From positions 3,830,084 through 3,894,083 of the forward strand of contig MU056050.1 of NCBI GenBank assembly GCA_013239625.1: a stretch of 64,000 nucleotides of DNA. Direction: 5' to 3'. The notes beneath the pieces are model-generated. The model was not told the DNA's origin and did no database searches. It saw nothing but the letters and a program-made list of their open reading frames with translations. The position numbers were made by a program, and so were the translations under genes. Of this stretch, positions 13,000 through 26,200 are shown in pieces. This DNA is from Lama guanicoe. Lineage: Eukaryota. Every line of letters begins with the position of its first letter. Positions within the stretch are counted from its first letter, which is position 1.

Positions 13000-15280
13000 A
13001 AAAAAGTCTAATGTAAGCACAGAAAATTGCATAGTTAATAAGTATATATTGGTTACCTTTAAATTGATCCCACCATGTAACCATAACCCAGATTTAAAGA
13101 AACTCAGGATATTGACAACATATCAGAAGCCCCTTTCATATTCACTTCTGGTTGTTATCACCTCCACCTCAGTAATTGTTATAATAAGTTATATAACCAT
13201 ATATTAATTTTACACACTTTTGAACTTTGCTGAGATGAAACAATACATTATGGATTCTTTTGTATGACTTCTTTCACTCAACTTTATGAGATCCATCCAT
13301 GTTGTTACAAAAGGTTTGTATATTTTTATTGCTGTATAGTATTCCATTGCATGAATATTCCACAATTTATTTCTCAATTTTACTCTCTTAAAAATTTGAG
13401 TCATTTTTTATCTTTGGGTTAGATTGAAGAGTACTGTTGTGAACATTCTTGAATGTATCTTTTGTAGAACACACATTTGCATTTCTATTAGGTGTATGCA
13501 TAAGGCATAAGACTGGACTTGTGTCATAGTATATAAATATTAGTGTGTGTGTGTGTGTCACTGGATCCTATTAATTTTCCAGAGTGATTGTACCAATGTA
13601 CACCCCTACTATCAATACATGAAAATTCCAGTTGTTCCACATCCCTGCAAGAATTTGTTATTTTTTCATCCTTTTCATTTTAAACGTTTTGGTGAGTGTA
13701 TAGTGATATTTCGCCATGGCATTTATTTTCATTTCTCTGATGACTAATATAAAAGAGCGTCTTTCTGTATGTTAATTGGCCATTTGGTTGTGCTCTTTTG
13801 TTAAGTGTCTATTCTGGTGTTTTGTCCATTTTTCTATTGGGATCTTTGCCTTTCTTACTGATTTATAGCAGTTATTTACATATTCTGGATACAAATTCTT
13901 TCTCGGATATATGAATTGCAAAAGTATTTTCTGCTTTGTTGTTTGACTTTGTACTCTAAGGTCTCTTTTGATAAACAGAAGTTTAAAATTTTTTCTCTTT
14001 GTTTAACACTTTTTGTGTTCTCTTGAAGAAACAATTATCTAATTCTATTTATGTTTCAGTAACACAATCCATACATAATTAATTTTTGTGTATAAAAGGT
14101 GGAGGTAAGATTAAACTTTTTTCCATATGAGTAATCAAGCTCATTTATTGAAAATTGTATCTTCTTCACATTTATTACAGGTATCTGTATATACTTGATT
14201 TTGTTTCTAGACTTGCTATACTGTTCCACTCTTCTATATTACTAATAGCATACTGCCTTAATTATTATAGCCTTAAATAATTTTTATATCTAATGTAAAT
14301 CCCCCAGCTTTGTTCTTCAAGATTGTGTTGATTATTCTTGTCCCTTTGTATTTCCATGTAGAGATATAATCTGATTGTCAATTTCTACAAAAAATAAACT
14401 TCTAGGATTATTATTAGGATTCATTGAATAGATCAGTTTGTGGGAAAAGTAATTACAATATTGTGTCTTCCTATATGTGAGCATAATGAATTTCTCTACT
14501 TATTTGGGTCTTTAATTTCTTCCAGAAATGTTCTCTAATTTTTAAATTTTAAAGGCGTTGCACATATTTTATTTTATTTACTCTAGGGATTTGATACTTA
14601 ATTATTGCTAAAAATGATTTACATTAAACTTTATTTTCTATTTGTAGTTGTTATATAAATAGATACAGTTTTTGAAGTGCTTACCTTGTATCAAGCAACT
14701 GTGTTCGATTAACTTAATACTAACTGTAAATTATTTTGGATTGTCTACATACACAATCATGTGAAATTAATTCTACGAAAAAGAAAGTTTTATTTTTCCC
14801 CTTCCAATTCTTGTGCCTTTTATTTTTCCTTCTTGCCTAATAACTCTAAGATCTCCAGAGCAATGTTTAATTGAAGTAGTAAGAGCTAGCATCCATTGCA
14901 ATGTTCCTGTTTTTAGCAGAATTGAATTCAATTATTTATTACTAAATTTAGTGTTTCCTGCAGCTTTTATCATAGATTTTTTTTAGGTTTAAGAAAGTTT
15001 TCTTCAATCCCTATCTTGATAATTTTTATCATGGATAGGGGTTGAATTCTGTCAAATATTTGTTCTGTTTCTATTGAGTTCATCATAGTGTTATTTTATC
15101 CTTTTCCTGTTAAATAAGAGATTATAGTTATTGATTGTTTATTGTATAATTATTGATTTTTAAATGTTAAACCAATCTTGCACTCCTGGGACAAATCTCA
15201 CTTGGTTATGTTGTATTATATTTTTGCATATATCAGGATTCAATTTGCTATAGTTTTATTTAGAATTTTTGCATTATTGG
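13000..15280 (-). mobile_element. Old LINE-1 (ORF2 RT to 3'UTR)
   Basis: Minus ORF WNIHAMEYYTAIK...TTWMDL, with RT remnants near 15150-15280. Confidence 0.8.
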
Positions 15281-17620
15281 ATAAAAGAATGATCCAAATA
15301 TATGTGGCCTACAAAAGATACATTTAAGATTTAAAGACACAAATTGTTTTAATATAAAAGAATGTAAAAAGATATATCATGCAAAGAGTATCTAAAAGAG
15401 AGTGGAGTGGGCATACTAGTATGAGAGAAAATAGACTTGAGGGCAAAAATGTTCCGAAAGACAAAAAAGGAAGTTTTATGATAATAAGAGGGACAATTCT
15501 TTTAACAGACATAATAATTATAAACATACATTTATCTAACCACATAAATCCAAAATGTAAGAACTAGAAACTGAAATAATTTAAGGGAAACATAGATAAT
15601 TCATTAATAACAAGGCAATTAAATACCTCACTTTGATCAATGGATAAGACAGCTAGAAATAGGGAAAATGAATACTTGAATAACACTATAAACAATAGAC
15701 CTCATAGACATCTGTAAAACTTTCCATCCAATAACAGCAGAATAAACATTTTTTTAAGTGAGTATGGAATATTCTATAGGATAGATGATATGTTAAGCCA
15801 TAAATAAGTCCAAAAATTTTTAAATGATTTAAGTTATATAAAATATATTCTCTGACTGCAATGGAATAATGACTTCACAGAAATAAGAAAGATAATAAAA
15901 ATTACTATGAACGATTGTATGTCCAAAAATCAGTTAACTAGAGAAAATGGACATATTTCTAGGACACACACTACTGAAGCAAACTGAAGAAGAAAATACG
16001 AGTGAAAAACATTTAGAGAATCAGATCATCAGTTCAGGTGGCCCAATATCTAATGGGAATCCAAAAGCAGAGAATATATAACAGAGGAGAGAAAACTGAA
16101 ATTCATCAAAAATTTTCTGAAGTGAAAGAATATGAATTAAGGGCTCATTAGGTACCTAGCACAATAAATGATAGAAATGAGTAATTGCAAAACAAAAACA
16201 AACAAAAAGATCTATACCTAAGTATATGTCTTTGAAAGTTTTGAACTCCAAAGATAAATAGAAGCTCCAGAGAACAGTATACAAGACATAAAAACAGATA
16301 GATCATTTACAAAGGAGCAGTACTCAGACCAGGATCAGACTTTTCATCAACAACATTGAATAAAAATGCCTTCCATGTTCTGATGTAAAATAGTTTCGCA
16401 CATAATTCGCCATCAAGACAAACTGTTAAACCAGTGATAGGGCATAATTTTTAAAATATTTGGACACACAAGTATACAAAAATTAGCTTCCAACACTCTT
16501 TTTATTATGGTAGTTCTTGCCTCTGTAATTCAGCCAAACAAGTGGAAGAAGAAAGAAACATGTATCACATGGATTTGTATCATCTAATTAGGTTGTATGT
16601 TTGATATAGAGTTGTATGAGCTGTTTGTATATTTTGGACATTAACCCCTTATTGGTCACATCATTTGCAAATATTTTTTCTCATTCAGTAGGTTGTGTTT
16701 TGTCAATGGTTTCCTTTGCTGTGCAGAAGCTTTTACGTTTAATTGAGTCCGATTTGTTTACTTTTGCTTCTGTTTCTTTTGCCTCAGGAGACAGATCCCC
16801 CAAAAATATTGCTATGATTTATGTCAAAGAGTGTTCTGCATATGTTTTCTTCTAGTTTTAGGATTTCTGGTCTTACAGTTAGATAGTTAATCCATCTTCA
16901 ATTTAGTTTTGTGTATGTAAGTTGTTTTTATATTTTGGTTCTTATAATACTGAAACAAACATTTGTTTAAATGTTTTTGTGTGGAGATTTGTTTTCATTA
17001 CTCTTGGATATATAACTAGTAGTAAAATTAAAGACAGTGTTACCATATGACCCAACAATTTTGCTAAAACTTATGTAAATGATTTCAGTTGCCATGAAAA
17101 AGTAGGGGTATAGACAGGAAATGTAAGGTAATGGAAAGGAGCAGGAGAACTGAAATGAAAATATAAGTGCTAATATCATTTTCTTAGAAAGTGCAAATTG
17201 AGAGACCCTGTTTATATTTAATGAAATAAGATGTTAGGGTGTAAGTATATTATTTACAAAAACAATACATTGAGGTAGTGAAAAATAAAGATATAATTAT
17301 ATTTGCATGGTATTCATTTGGTAGGGTATAAGTTATATTAGTCCTAATCTATTATATCAGGAAGCCAAAAGATAATATATAAAATTGATGAGTCAAGATA
17401 TAGCAGTGTAAGCATATTATTTAGGGACATGGAAGTGACAGCTCTAAGGATTTGAAATATTTAAGAATGTTTCCCTCCAGGGAGGAGTAGAGCCTAAGAT
17501 TGTTTTCATAATAAATCCCTCTCTATTACTTGATTAAAACATATTTTTTTGGTTTAAAAACATATTTTGAATGTATACGTTTGAAAAATTCTTAAAAAAA
17601 GAAGCCAACAATGATTATTG
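15280..17620. mobile_element. Mixed LINE-1 fragments (plus-strand ORF2 endonuclease and ORF1 pieces; minus-strand piece at 16590-16920)
   Basis: KDKKGSFMIIRGTI...INIH is L1 endonuclease-like; 16616-16855 is antisense L1 ORF2. Confidence 0.7.
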
Positions 17621-17720
17621 AAAATTTATAATTATAAATAAAATTGTGCTGAAAATACTCTGTACATAAAGATGTTCCAAAAAGTACATACTGTAGCACT
17701 ATCTCCATGGATAATGTTAC

Positions 17721-18067
17721 GTGTATTTCATATTTTTCTTTCCTCCTGAGGTAGAAAAATCTGAGTACTAAGAAGGGTTGAAAATTATTCTTTTAAGACT
17801 GAAAAAAAAAGACCTTGATTGACACTCCCTAAATAGTTTTGGGCATAGTGAATGCCAGTTTCCACAGTTCCTCAGTGACTTAAACATATTCCTGAAAATC
17901 AGGAGACAATTGATGGAATTAAAAGTCAGTTAATTTGAAATGAATAAAAGAAACTGACTCTTTGCAATAGATATGGTTGATCTTGAAATTCTCTGCCATA
18001 GTATGTTACTGAGAAGGATCATTTGCAGCTGGATTAAAACTGAATTCTAAATTTTCAGTCATATAAA
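17721..18067 (-). pseudogene. ITPR/RYR-like exon (last MIR repeat into RIH helices)
   Basis: ttctcattcctcag|TT TAT...CAC|gtaaca, 347 nt, phase 1-0. One frame throughout, with 5 stops: EFSFNP...FKINH...VTEELWKLAFTM...VFF versus ITPR1 IFELDP...VRLRH...EDKEAFAI...LDF. Motif spacings are within 1-3 residues. Confidence 0.75.
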
Positions 18068-18549
18068 CTGAGGAATGAGAAGGAAAGAAAGTAAGCCTTA
18101 AAAGGAAATTCAACACCACATAAACTTTTCTATAAAAATAGCTATTAGAAAATGATATTAAATGTTTTTCATACTGAGTATAGAAATCTTTGCATTTTCT
18201 TCCCGAAACTAGTATGTTGTGATTGCTCTTCCCCTCCCTCAAACTTAACCACATTTGTAAAAAGAGACCCAATTTAAAGACAGATTTAAATATTTCCATT
18301 CATTAACAACCATGCCTGATAAATACAGGAAACACTAACATATAGGGAGGTTATCATATCTTATTAGACTATCATTTCCTACTTGTTAGGGCAAATTTTT
18401 AGAGAAGAGACAGACATTTTCCTTATCACAACTGCCAGTAAAAACATTGCAAGGGTGGACAATATGGATGTATTGTAACATCCAACTGTAATATCAAATA
18501 ATGATTACTAAGCTTGGCAAAATACTTATCAAAAGTTTATTACTAAAAA

Positions 18550-20590
18550 ATGAGAAAACAAGGATGTCAGCTCTAACCCAGTTCTGCTCAACATTATACT
18601 GGAGGTTCTAGCCAAGGCAATTAGGCAAGACAAGGAAATAAAACCACTCAGATTGAAAAGGAAGAAATAAATATATCTATATTTACTAGTGACATGATCT
18701 TATGTATAGAAAATCCAAAGGAATCCTCAAAGGAACTATTAGAACTCATAAACAAGTTCAACAGAGTTACAGTATACAAAGTCAATATTAAAAAATTATT
18801 TGCATTTCTATATCCTAACAATGAACAATGAAAAATGAAATTAAAAAATATAACTACATTTTACAAAAGCATCAAAAAGAACAAAATATTCAGGTATAAA
18901 TTTAACAAGTACCATATTTATAAACTGAAAGGTATAAAATTTTATTTAAAGAAATTAAAGAAGGTCAAAATAAGTGGAAATACTTCACATGTTCCTGTAT
19001 CAGAAAACTTAATATATTCTTATGATGCAAATACTTCCCATATTGAATTATAGTTTCAATGCAACCTTATGAAAATTCCATCTTTTTTCCCCCCTAAAAA
19101 TTGACAAGCTGCTCCCAAAATTAATATGGAAACACAAGAGCCTCTGAATAATAAATTTTGAAAAAAAAAAAAGAACAAAGTTGACAGTCTTCTGAATTTT
19201 AAAAATTGTTAAAAAACTACAGTAATAACAGCAGTGTGGAACTGGCATAAGGATAAATATGTAGGTCAATGGAATAGAATTGAGGATACAGAAATAAACA
19301 CTTTTACCATCAATTAATTTTTGATACGGTTGCTAAGACAATTCACTGGAGATAAGAATAGATTTCTCAACAATTGGTGCTGAGACAAGTGTGTATACAC
19401 ATGCAAGAGAATGACGTTAGATTCCCTACGTCACAGTATATACTAGAATTAATTTTAAATGGATGATAGATCTAAATGTAAGAGAAAAAGTTTCAGAGCT
19501 ATTAGGGAACACAAGAGGACATCTTTGTGACCCTGGATGAGGCAGTGGCGTCTCTGATACATCAAAAACACAAGTAAAAAAAGAAAAAATAGATAAATTG
19601 TAATGCACCAAAATTAAAAGTGTACTTCAAAGAACAACATCTGTTAAGTTAAAAAGACACAGAATGGGAGACAAATATGCTAATCCTATATCTGATAAGG
19701 AACTTGTGTTAGTATATGTAAAGAACTCTTAAAACTCTACAATACCAAGGTAAGTATCCCCTTTAAAAAATGAGGAAAGGACCTATACACACATTTCTTC
19801 AAAGAAAATATACATATGGCAAATAAGCACGTGAAAAGATTCTCAAAATCATTCGCCATTAAGGAAATGCAAAGTACACCCACAATGGGATACCACTTCA
19901 CATCCATTAGAGTGGCTATAATCCAAAGGATATAAAATAACAAGTGTTGGCAATGATGATGAGAAAGTGGAACCCTCATGGAGCATTATACTGGTGAGAT
20001 TATAAAATAGTGCATCCACTTTGGAAACTTAGTGTGGCAGTTTATAATGTTAAAAAAAGAAGGTATTATACAGAAGATAATTGAAAACATATGCTAACAA
20101 AAGAACTAGTACATGAATATTTATAACAGCATTATTCATAATAGCCAAGACGTGGAAACTACTCAAATGTCTTATCAGTTGATGAATGGGTAAATATAAT
20201 GTGGTATGCCCACACAATGGAATAATGTTCAGACATAAAAAGAAATAAAGTACTGATGCTTGCAACATGGATAAACCTTGAAAACGTTATGGTAAGTGGA
20301 AGAAGCCAGTCAGAAAAGACTACCTACTGTATGATTCCTTTTATATGAAATGTCCAGAATAGAAGAATCCATGGAGACAGAAAGCAGATTAGTACACACC
20401 AGGGTCTGGAAACAGGAGGGATGAGGAGTGACTATAATTGGTATGAGGTTTCTTTATGAGTTATGAAAATGTTTTAATTTAGATAGTAGTGAGGTTACAC
20501 AACTCTGTAGATATAATAAAAAACACCAGATTGTACACTTTAAAATGATGAACTTTGTTATATAAATTATATTTCAGTAAAGATATTGTA
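18550..20590 (+). mobile_element. LINE-1 (ORF2 RT through 3'UTR, L1MB-like)
   Basis: Continuous degenerate ORF2 3' half and 3'UTR ending near 20590. Confidence 0.85.
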
Positions 20591-21329
20591 AAATAACAAA
20601 GTGAATATTCAACATGTTTTATCAACATGGATTATGTATAAGCAGGCATTAGTCAAAGTAAGAAAAGGTCTATGTACATTCCCTTTTAAGGTTAATGTTT
20701 AGACAAATTAATAATGCAGTTTCAACCAGATTAATCCCTCAGGGCTGAGATAGTTTTATGAATTACTAGTGTGGTGCCAAATTACACTAGGAAGGACTTT
20801 GTTTATGCACAGGATGTATTCACTGGCAAATAAATAGTATAAACTAGCAGTAGCTTTTAGAAAAACAAATTGCAGCATTATCCATTTAAAATACATATTT
20901 TCACATACACGCAAGCACATTCTACTCTGCAATTAAAAATCAACAGATTTTACAGTACATCCATTATACTGTTTAGGGGATAATTGAGGGATATAACACA
21001 TACTGTATGATTACTCAGAACCACCCAAAGCATTAGTAATATATTGTTGAGATACTAACTTCAAATGAACAGTTATTGCAAAGATAATGTGGAATATAAA
21101 CTCAGATCAAAAGTACTATTAAATGAATGCCTTGGTAGATCAGATAATCACCATGGTAGGGTTATGAGAAACAGTAAGAACAAACTGAAAGTTGATTTGC
21201 GATAAAGTATCATTAGAGGAAAAAAAATAAAACCTCATATAGTATAGAAGTAAAACATGTTATATTTTGCCACAACTTTTAATTTGGTGCTGCAACTCTG
21301 AAATCTTCATTTTGTTATCAAATTACAGC

Positions 21330-24300
21330 TCAATTTTAAAAAATGCTATTTCCTATTACTTGTAAATTATTGATCCTCTTCTTTGCATTCTGCCCTAAAG
21401 TGATGTCCATGGGTAATCTTGTACTTTCTCTATCCTAGTCCTGGAATAAACCATTTCAATAAGAAGCCATGGTCCTTTTTAATTGGCAATAGTATTTAGA
21501 AACGAAGATCTGGGGACTAGATGTGCTCATTGTTACTGGTGTCATTGCTTCCAGGCCTTCAGTGGAGCAAGCTAGAAAATACATTAATGAGAACAATAAA
21601 GAAAATCATAGGTTCTTATGTATATGCTCAATTAAAATTAAACATTAAATCAATTTTTCTTAAAATGTTTTTAATTTTATATGTGTATATCTTTTCTCTT
21701 TGATTCTTAAGAAAGTTTGATTTATCCTACAGTATACATAATAGCTTCAAAATTACAATGCAGATATTGCTACTAAGAGTGAAATTACTAAGTGGATTTT
21801 TAATTTTCTCTGCCTTTTTTTCTTTATCCTTAGAATATATCCTACTAAAGATGTACAATCTCAAGACTGTGTTCAAAAGTCACTTGAAACAATTACTTTT
21901 ATGTGTGATTATTTTATCAATTTGACATGCAGTTTGGTTTGTTTATTTTGGCTTGTTTTCAATTTTAGAGTTCACTATTTTCCCTTTTTATTTATTTATG
22001 TTTTTAAATGTATAAAATATTTATATGGATCAAAAGCAAATAATACATGAGAATATAAGCCCCATTCCCCCAGCTAAGGTGTAAGAAGGATCATCTATGG
22101 CAGACTAAAAGAGGTCCAAGTATAATTTCCAGGTAAACTGAATTGCCATAGGGAGATAAATAAGGTACATAATTGAATCAATTAATGCAGAAACAGGAGG
22201 AAGAATCATAGGGGTCAAAATAAGCTGGAAAAAAATCAAGAGATCAACATGATCAAAGGAGATCAAGTAGATCAACATGATTAACTTTATATCACATCAC
22301 GTTCAGATGATATCATACAGATTAAAATGGATTTCATGTATTGTACTAGTAGTTCTAAGTGATTTGTTTCTTAATGTTTAATAGTGGAAATGCATGTGAC
22401 CTCATGATAGTAAAGAAAAAGCTACTCATCTTCTGTCTACTTGTGAGTGTAAATAGATTTAGGTCCACAAATGTTGTCTGTTGCTAGAGAAATGTGAGTT
22501 CCATGTGAAAATTATTCTGAATGAGGCAGAGGAGAATAGTAATAGTAGTAGTAATAGTAACTTGTTGAATAGTAATTTTCTTTCTAACAAGCTGGGGGTG
22601 AATATTATCAAGTATTGACTGTATGAAATAAGAAAAATGAAAATATCTTGTGGTGTTGTATGTGACAATCTAAAGTACAAGATAATAACATAAGTTGTGG
22701 CAGAGGGAAAAAGGACCTTATATTATTAAGGAGTTGTAAAAGTTCTAATTTATATCATACTCCAATAAATGAAGGATATATTTTGATATCTTTGGGATAA
22801 ATACCAAAAGAATAGTGAAGGAATATATAAATACCAAGCTCATAATAAACATATTGACACAAAAGAAGACAGGAAAATATATTTAAAAAGAAAAACAGTG
22901 AAGGTGGTACAAATAAAACATAAAAGCTTAAAAAATATGAAATGATTAAATCTAATTATTTCAGTATGTTAAAAATTGAGTAAATATTCCAGTTATCAAA
23001 GAAAAGTTGTCAGAGTGAATTGTCAAGAGGAAAACAAAACACTTTTAAGAGACAAACCTTAAATATAAAGACACAGAAATGTTCAAAGAGAATGTAAAAT
23101 TATATTCCAGGTGAACACTATAGATGTTGAGGTTTTGTTTTATTAATATCAGATAAAGTAGATATTAAGGCTAGAAGCATTACTAAATATGAGTGATACA
23201 AATGTCAAAGAAGATTTAACAATTATAAATTTGTATTTACCTAATAATGTAATATCAAAATGTATAATGTATAAATGGGCAGAATTAAAATGAGGATTAA
23301 GTTTATAATCACAGTTGGTGACTTTAATACATATCTCTGTAACTGATAGAAAAGCATACAGAAAACAGTATGGATATTGAAGATTAGGATGATATTTTAA
23401 GAAATTTGACCGAATTGACATATGTATTGAACTTGGACATGAACAATTGAAGAATACACATTATTTTCTGTGCACATGACCATAGTCAGACCAAAGAGCA
23501 TGTATCAACCTTTTAATAGTCTAAAATCATACATAGAGTATATTTTCTGACCATGAAGGAATTAAACTAGAAATAAATAACAAAATGATAACTATAAAAA
23601 CTCAAATTTTTATAAATTAGGAAATACATTTTGTATAGCTAGCATAATACATGTCAGTGGAAATTAGAATATATGTTTTTAAAGTAGTGATGATAAAAAT
23701 AAAATATGTCACAACATGTGGGCTTTAGCTACAACCATGCGTATATGTTCATGTATAGACTTAATTTCATATATAAAAATAGAAGGATAAAAATCAGTTA
23801 TCTATAAGTGTCCATCTTAAGAAGGTTAAAAAGAACCGAAAATTTAACACAAATAATAGTAGAAGGAAAGAGATATAATGATTAAGAGCAGAAATATATG
23901 AAATAATAATAATGGTATCAACAAAGCTAAAAGTTAGTTAACAGACTATATACAGTTAACAGTATCCTGACAAGAATGATCAGAAACAAGATTGAAAAGG
24001 CACAAACTACAAATGTTAGGAAGGAAAAAGAAGATGTTACTACAGATGTTACATTAAAATTTTTTTTAAAAAATAACACTGTGAACAAATATAAACCAAT
24101 GTACTTGAATATGTGGATAAATTTCTTGAACAGGGCAGTGCACTAAAAATAACATAAGAATAAATGTGAATGTAAATGTAAATAGTCCTATATTAATTAA
24201 GGAACTCAATTTATAATTTCAAACTTTCCCACAAAGAAAATGTCAGAACCCTATGGCTTAACTAGTACATTGTTCTAAACTCTGAGAAGATGTAACATCA

Positions 24301-26200
24301 ATCTCATGGAAAACTTTCTAGAGAATAGAAAATCAGGAAAATTCCTAATTATTTTATGGTGCCTGAATAACATTGATATCAAAACCTGACAGGGACACTA
24401 GAAGAATGGAAAATTAACAAACTGGAGTCTCAAATATAAGTGCAAAATTTCTAAACAAAACATTAGCAGAGCAAATCTTGGGGTATATGAAAAAGAATTC
24501 ATTATGATCAATTTTACTTTATTCCAGAAATGTGAAGTTCATTTTAAAAATCAATCAATGTAATTCACTATAATTAACAGAATGGGGAAAGCAATATGAT
24601 CCTCTCAATAGATAAGTAAAAAATGGTTTATAATATTTATGAACAATCCTTAGAAAACTAGAGATATTAGATAACTTCTTAATCTAATAAAAATTATCTT
24701 TAAATATAAAACAACTAACAAAAATAAATGCTGAATGACTGAAAGCTCTCTCATTAAGCTCAGAAACAACATAAAAATAGCTTATATTCTTCTTCTTTGA
24801 ACTTATACTCAAATTATACTGGAGCAGTTTTGGTTCCCTGGAAGATGGAGTAAGCACACTTCTTTCTCTCTGACTAAATGCACCTATAAAACGTGGACAG
24901 AATGCATGATAGAGCTGTTTGAGAAATCTGAAAAGTTAATAGCAGCATGCCGACTGGGAAAGATTGACAGAATTTTCAGTAACACAAAATTAGCAGTGAA
25001 TGTATTATTGTTTTCTTCAACCTAGACTCACTAAAGCAAGACACCTAAAAGTAAGCACTATAGCACAGACGGAGATAGCTTCAGCGAAGCCCTCTAGCTA
25101 TACCTTGAGGGCCAGGAAAGGGAATCCCTAATGCTCATAGAAAGTGCAAGTCATCCACTTTTCCCCTTCTGTTCTCTTATGCACCAGCAATCAGGAATTC
25201 CCTTGAAAGCAGAGGCAATAGCCAATATTAGGAAACTGCAGGAGCCAAACTGAGAGTAACCTTCCTCTTCCTTTAGTGGAGCTGTAGGTCCAAAAGGGTG
25301 GGTCTCTGTTCTTGTGTCAGTTGAACCCAATGAGTACTGGGGAAATCATAGAGAGGAAGAAACTTTGGAAAGTAACCCTATAAAGTTTATAAAATCACCC
25401 TCAAACCATACATATGTGCAAGCGATCCGAATTAGCATATTTCCAAAGTCATTGGAGAGCTCAGCCAATGATATACTACCAACTAGGTTCACAGACTATA
25501 AACCAAGGATAGACTTGAAGAACACTACAAAGACCCTGAAAACTGAATTGATATGGAAACATAAGCCACAGAAGGAAGTCTGGAACTTGCAGCCTGACCT
25601 AACCAGGACTAAAATGAGAAAAACAAAATCAACGTTCTTCATAGAATTTAAATAAGATACATAGTTTCATAACATGGTAATCAAAATATATAAAATAATA
25701 TTCTAAATCACATGTTATAGAAAGAACCATGAAAATTTAAATCCCTTGGGAATGCCTGTTAATAGGTACCAAAGGCCAAAATAACACTGATTTAGAATTA
25801 CCTGACAAAGAATCTAAAGTAACTACAAAAGTAGCTATATAAAGTAGGTGTAAAGTAACTATATGAAGAAAACAATTTCATTTAAAATAAAATTAAAAAA
25901 TAATATATGAGGAATAAAGTCAATGAAGGGGAAAACTCTGTACACTGAAAAGTATGACACTGATAAAAGAAAATGAAGAAGGCACAAACAAATGCAAAAT
26001 TATCCAGTGTTCATGGATTGAAAGAATTAATGCTGTTTAAATGTCCAAACTACTCAAAGCCATTTATAGATTCAATACAATCCCTATCAAAATTCTAATG
26101 GCATTTTTCACAGAAATAGAAAAAGTAATCCTAAAATTTATATGGAACCCACAAGTCCCCAAGTAGCCAAAGCAATCATGAGAAAGAGGAACAGAGTCAG
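21330..26200. mobile_element. Old LINE-1 fragments (minus 21330-22050; plus 22640-26200 including a 5'UTR-like segment from about 24830)
   Basis: L1 endonuclease/RT remnants; gaagatggagtaag 5'UTR start. Confidence 0.65.

Noticed and set aside
17971..18090. Plus-strand 120-nt AG/GT segment
   Set aside because: Stops in all frames, no homology recognised, and it overlaps the better-supported minus exon.
22074..22132. Plus-strand 59-nt AG/GT segment (LRCKKDHLWQTKRGPSIIS)
   Set aside because: Isolated, with no partner exons or recognisable homology.
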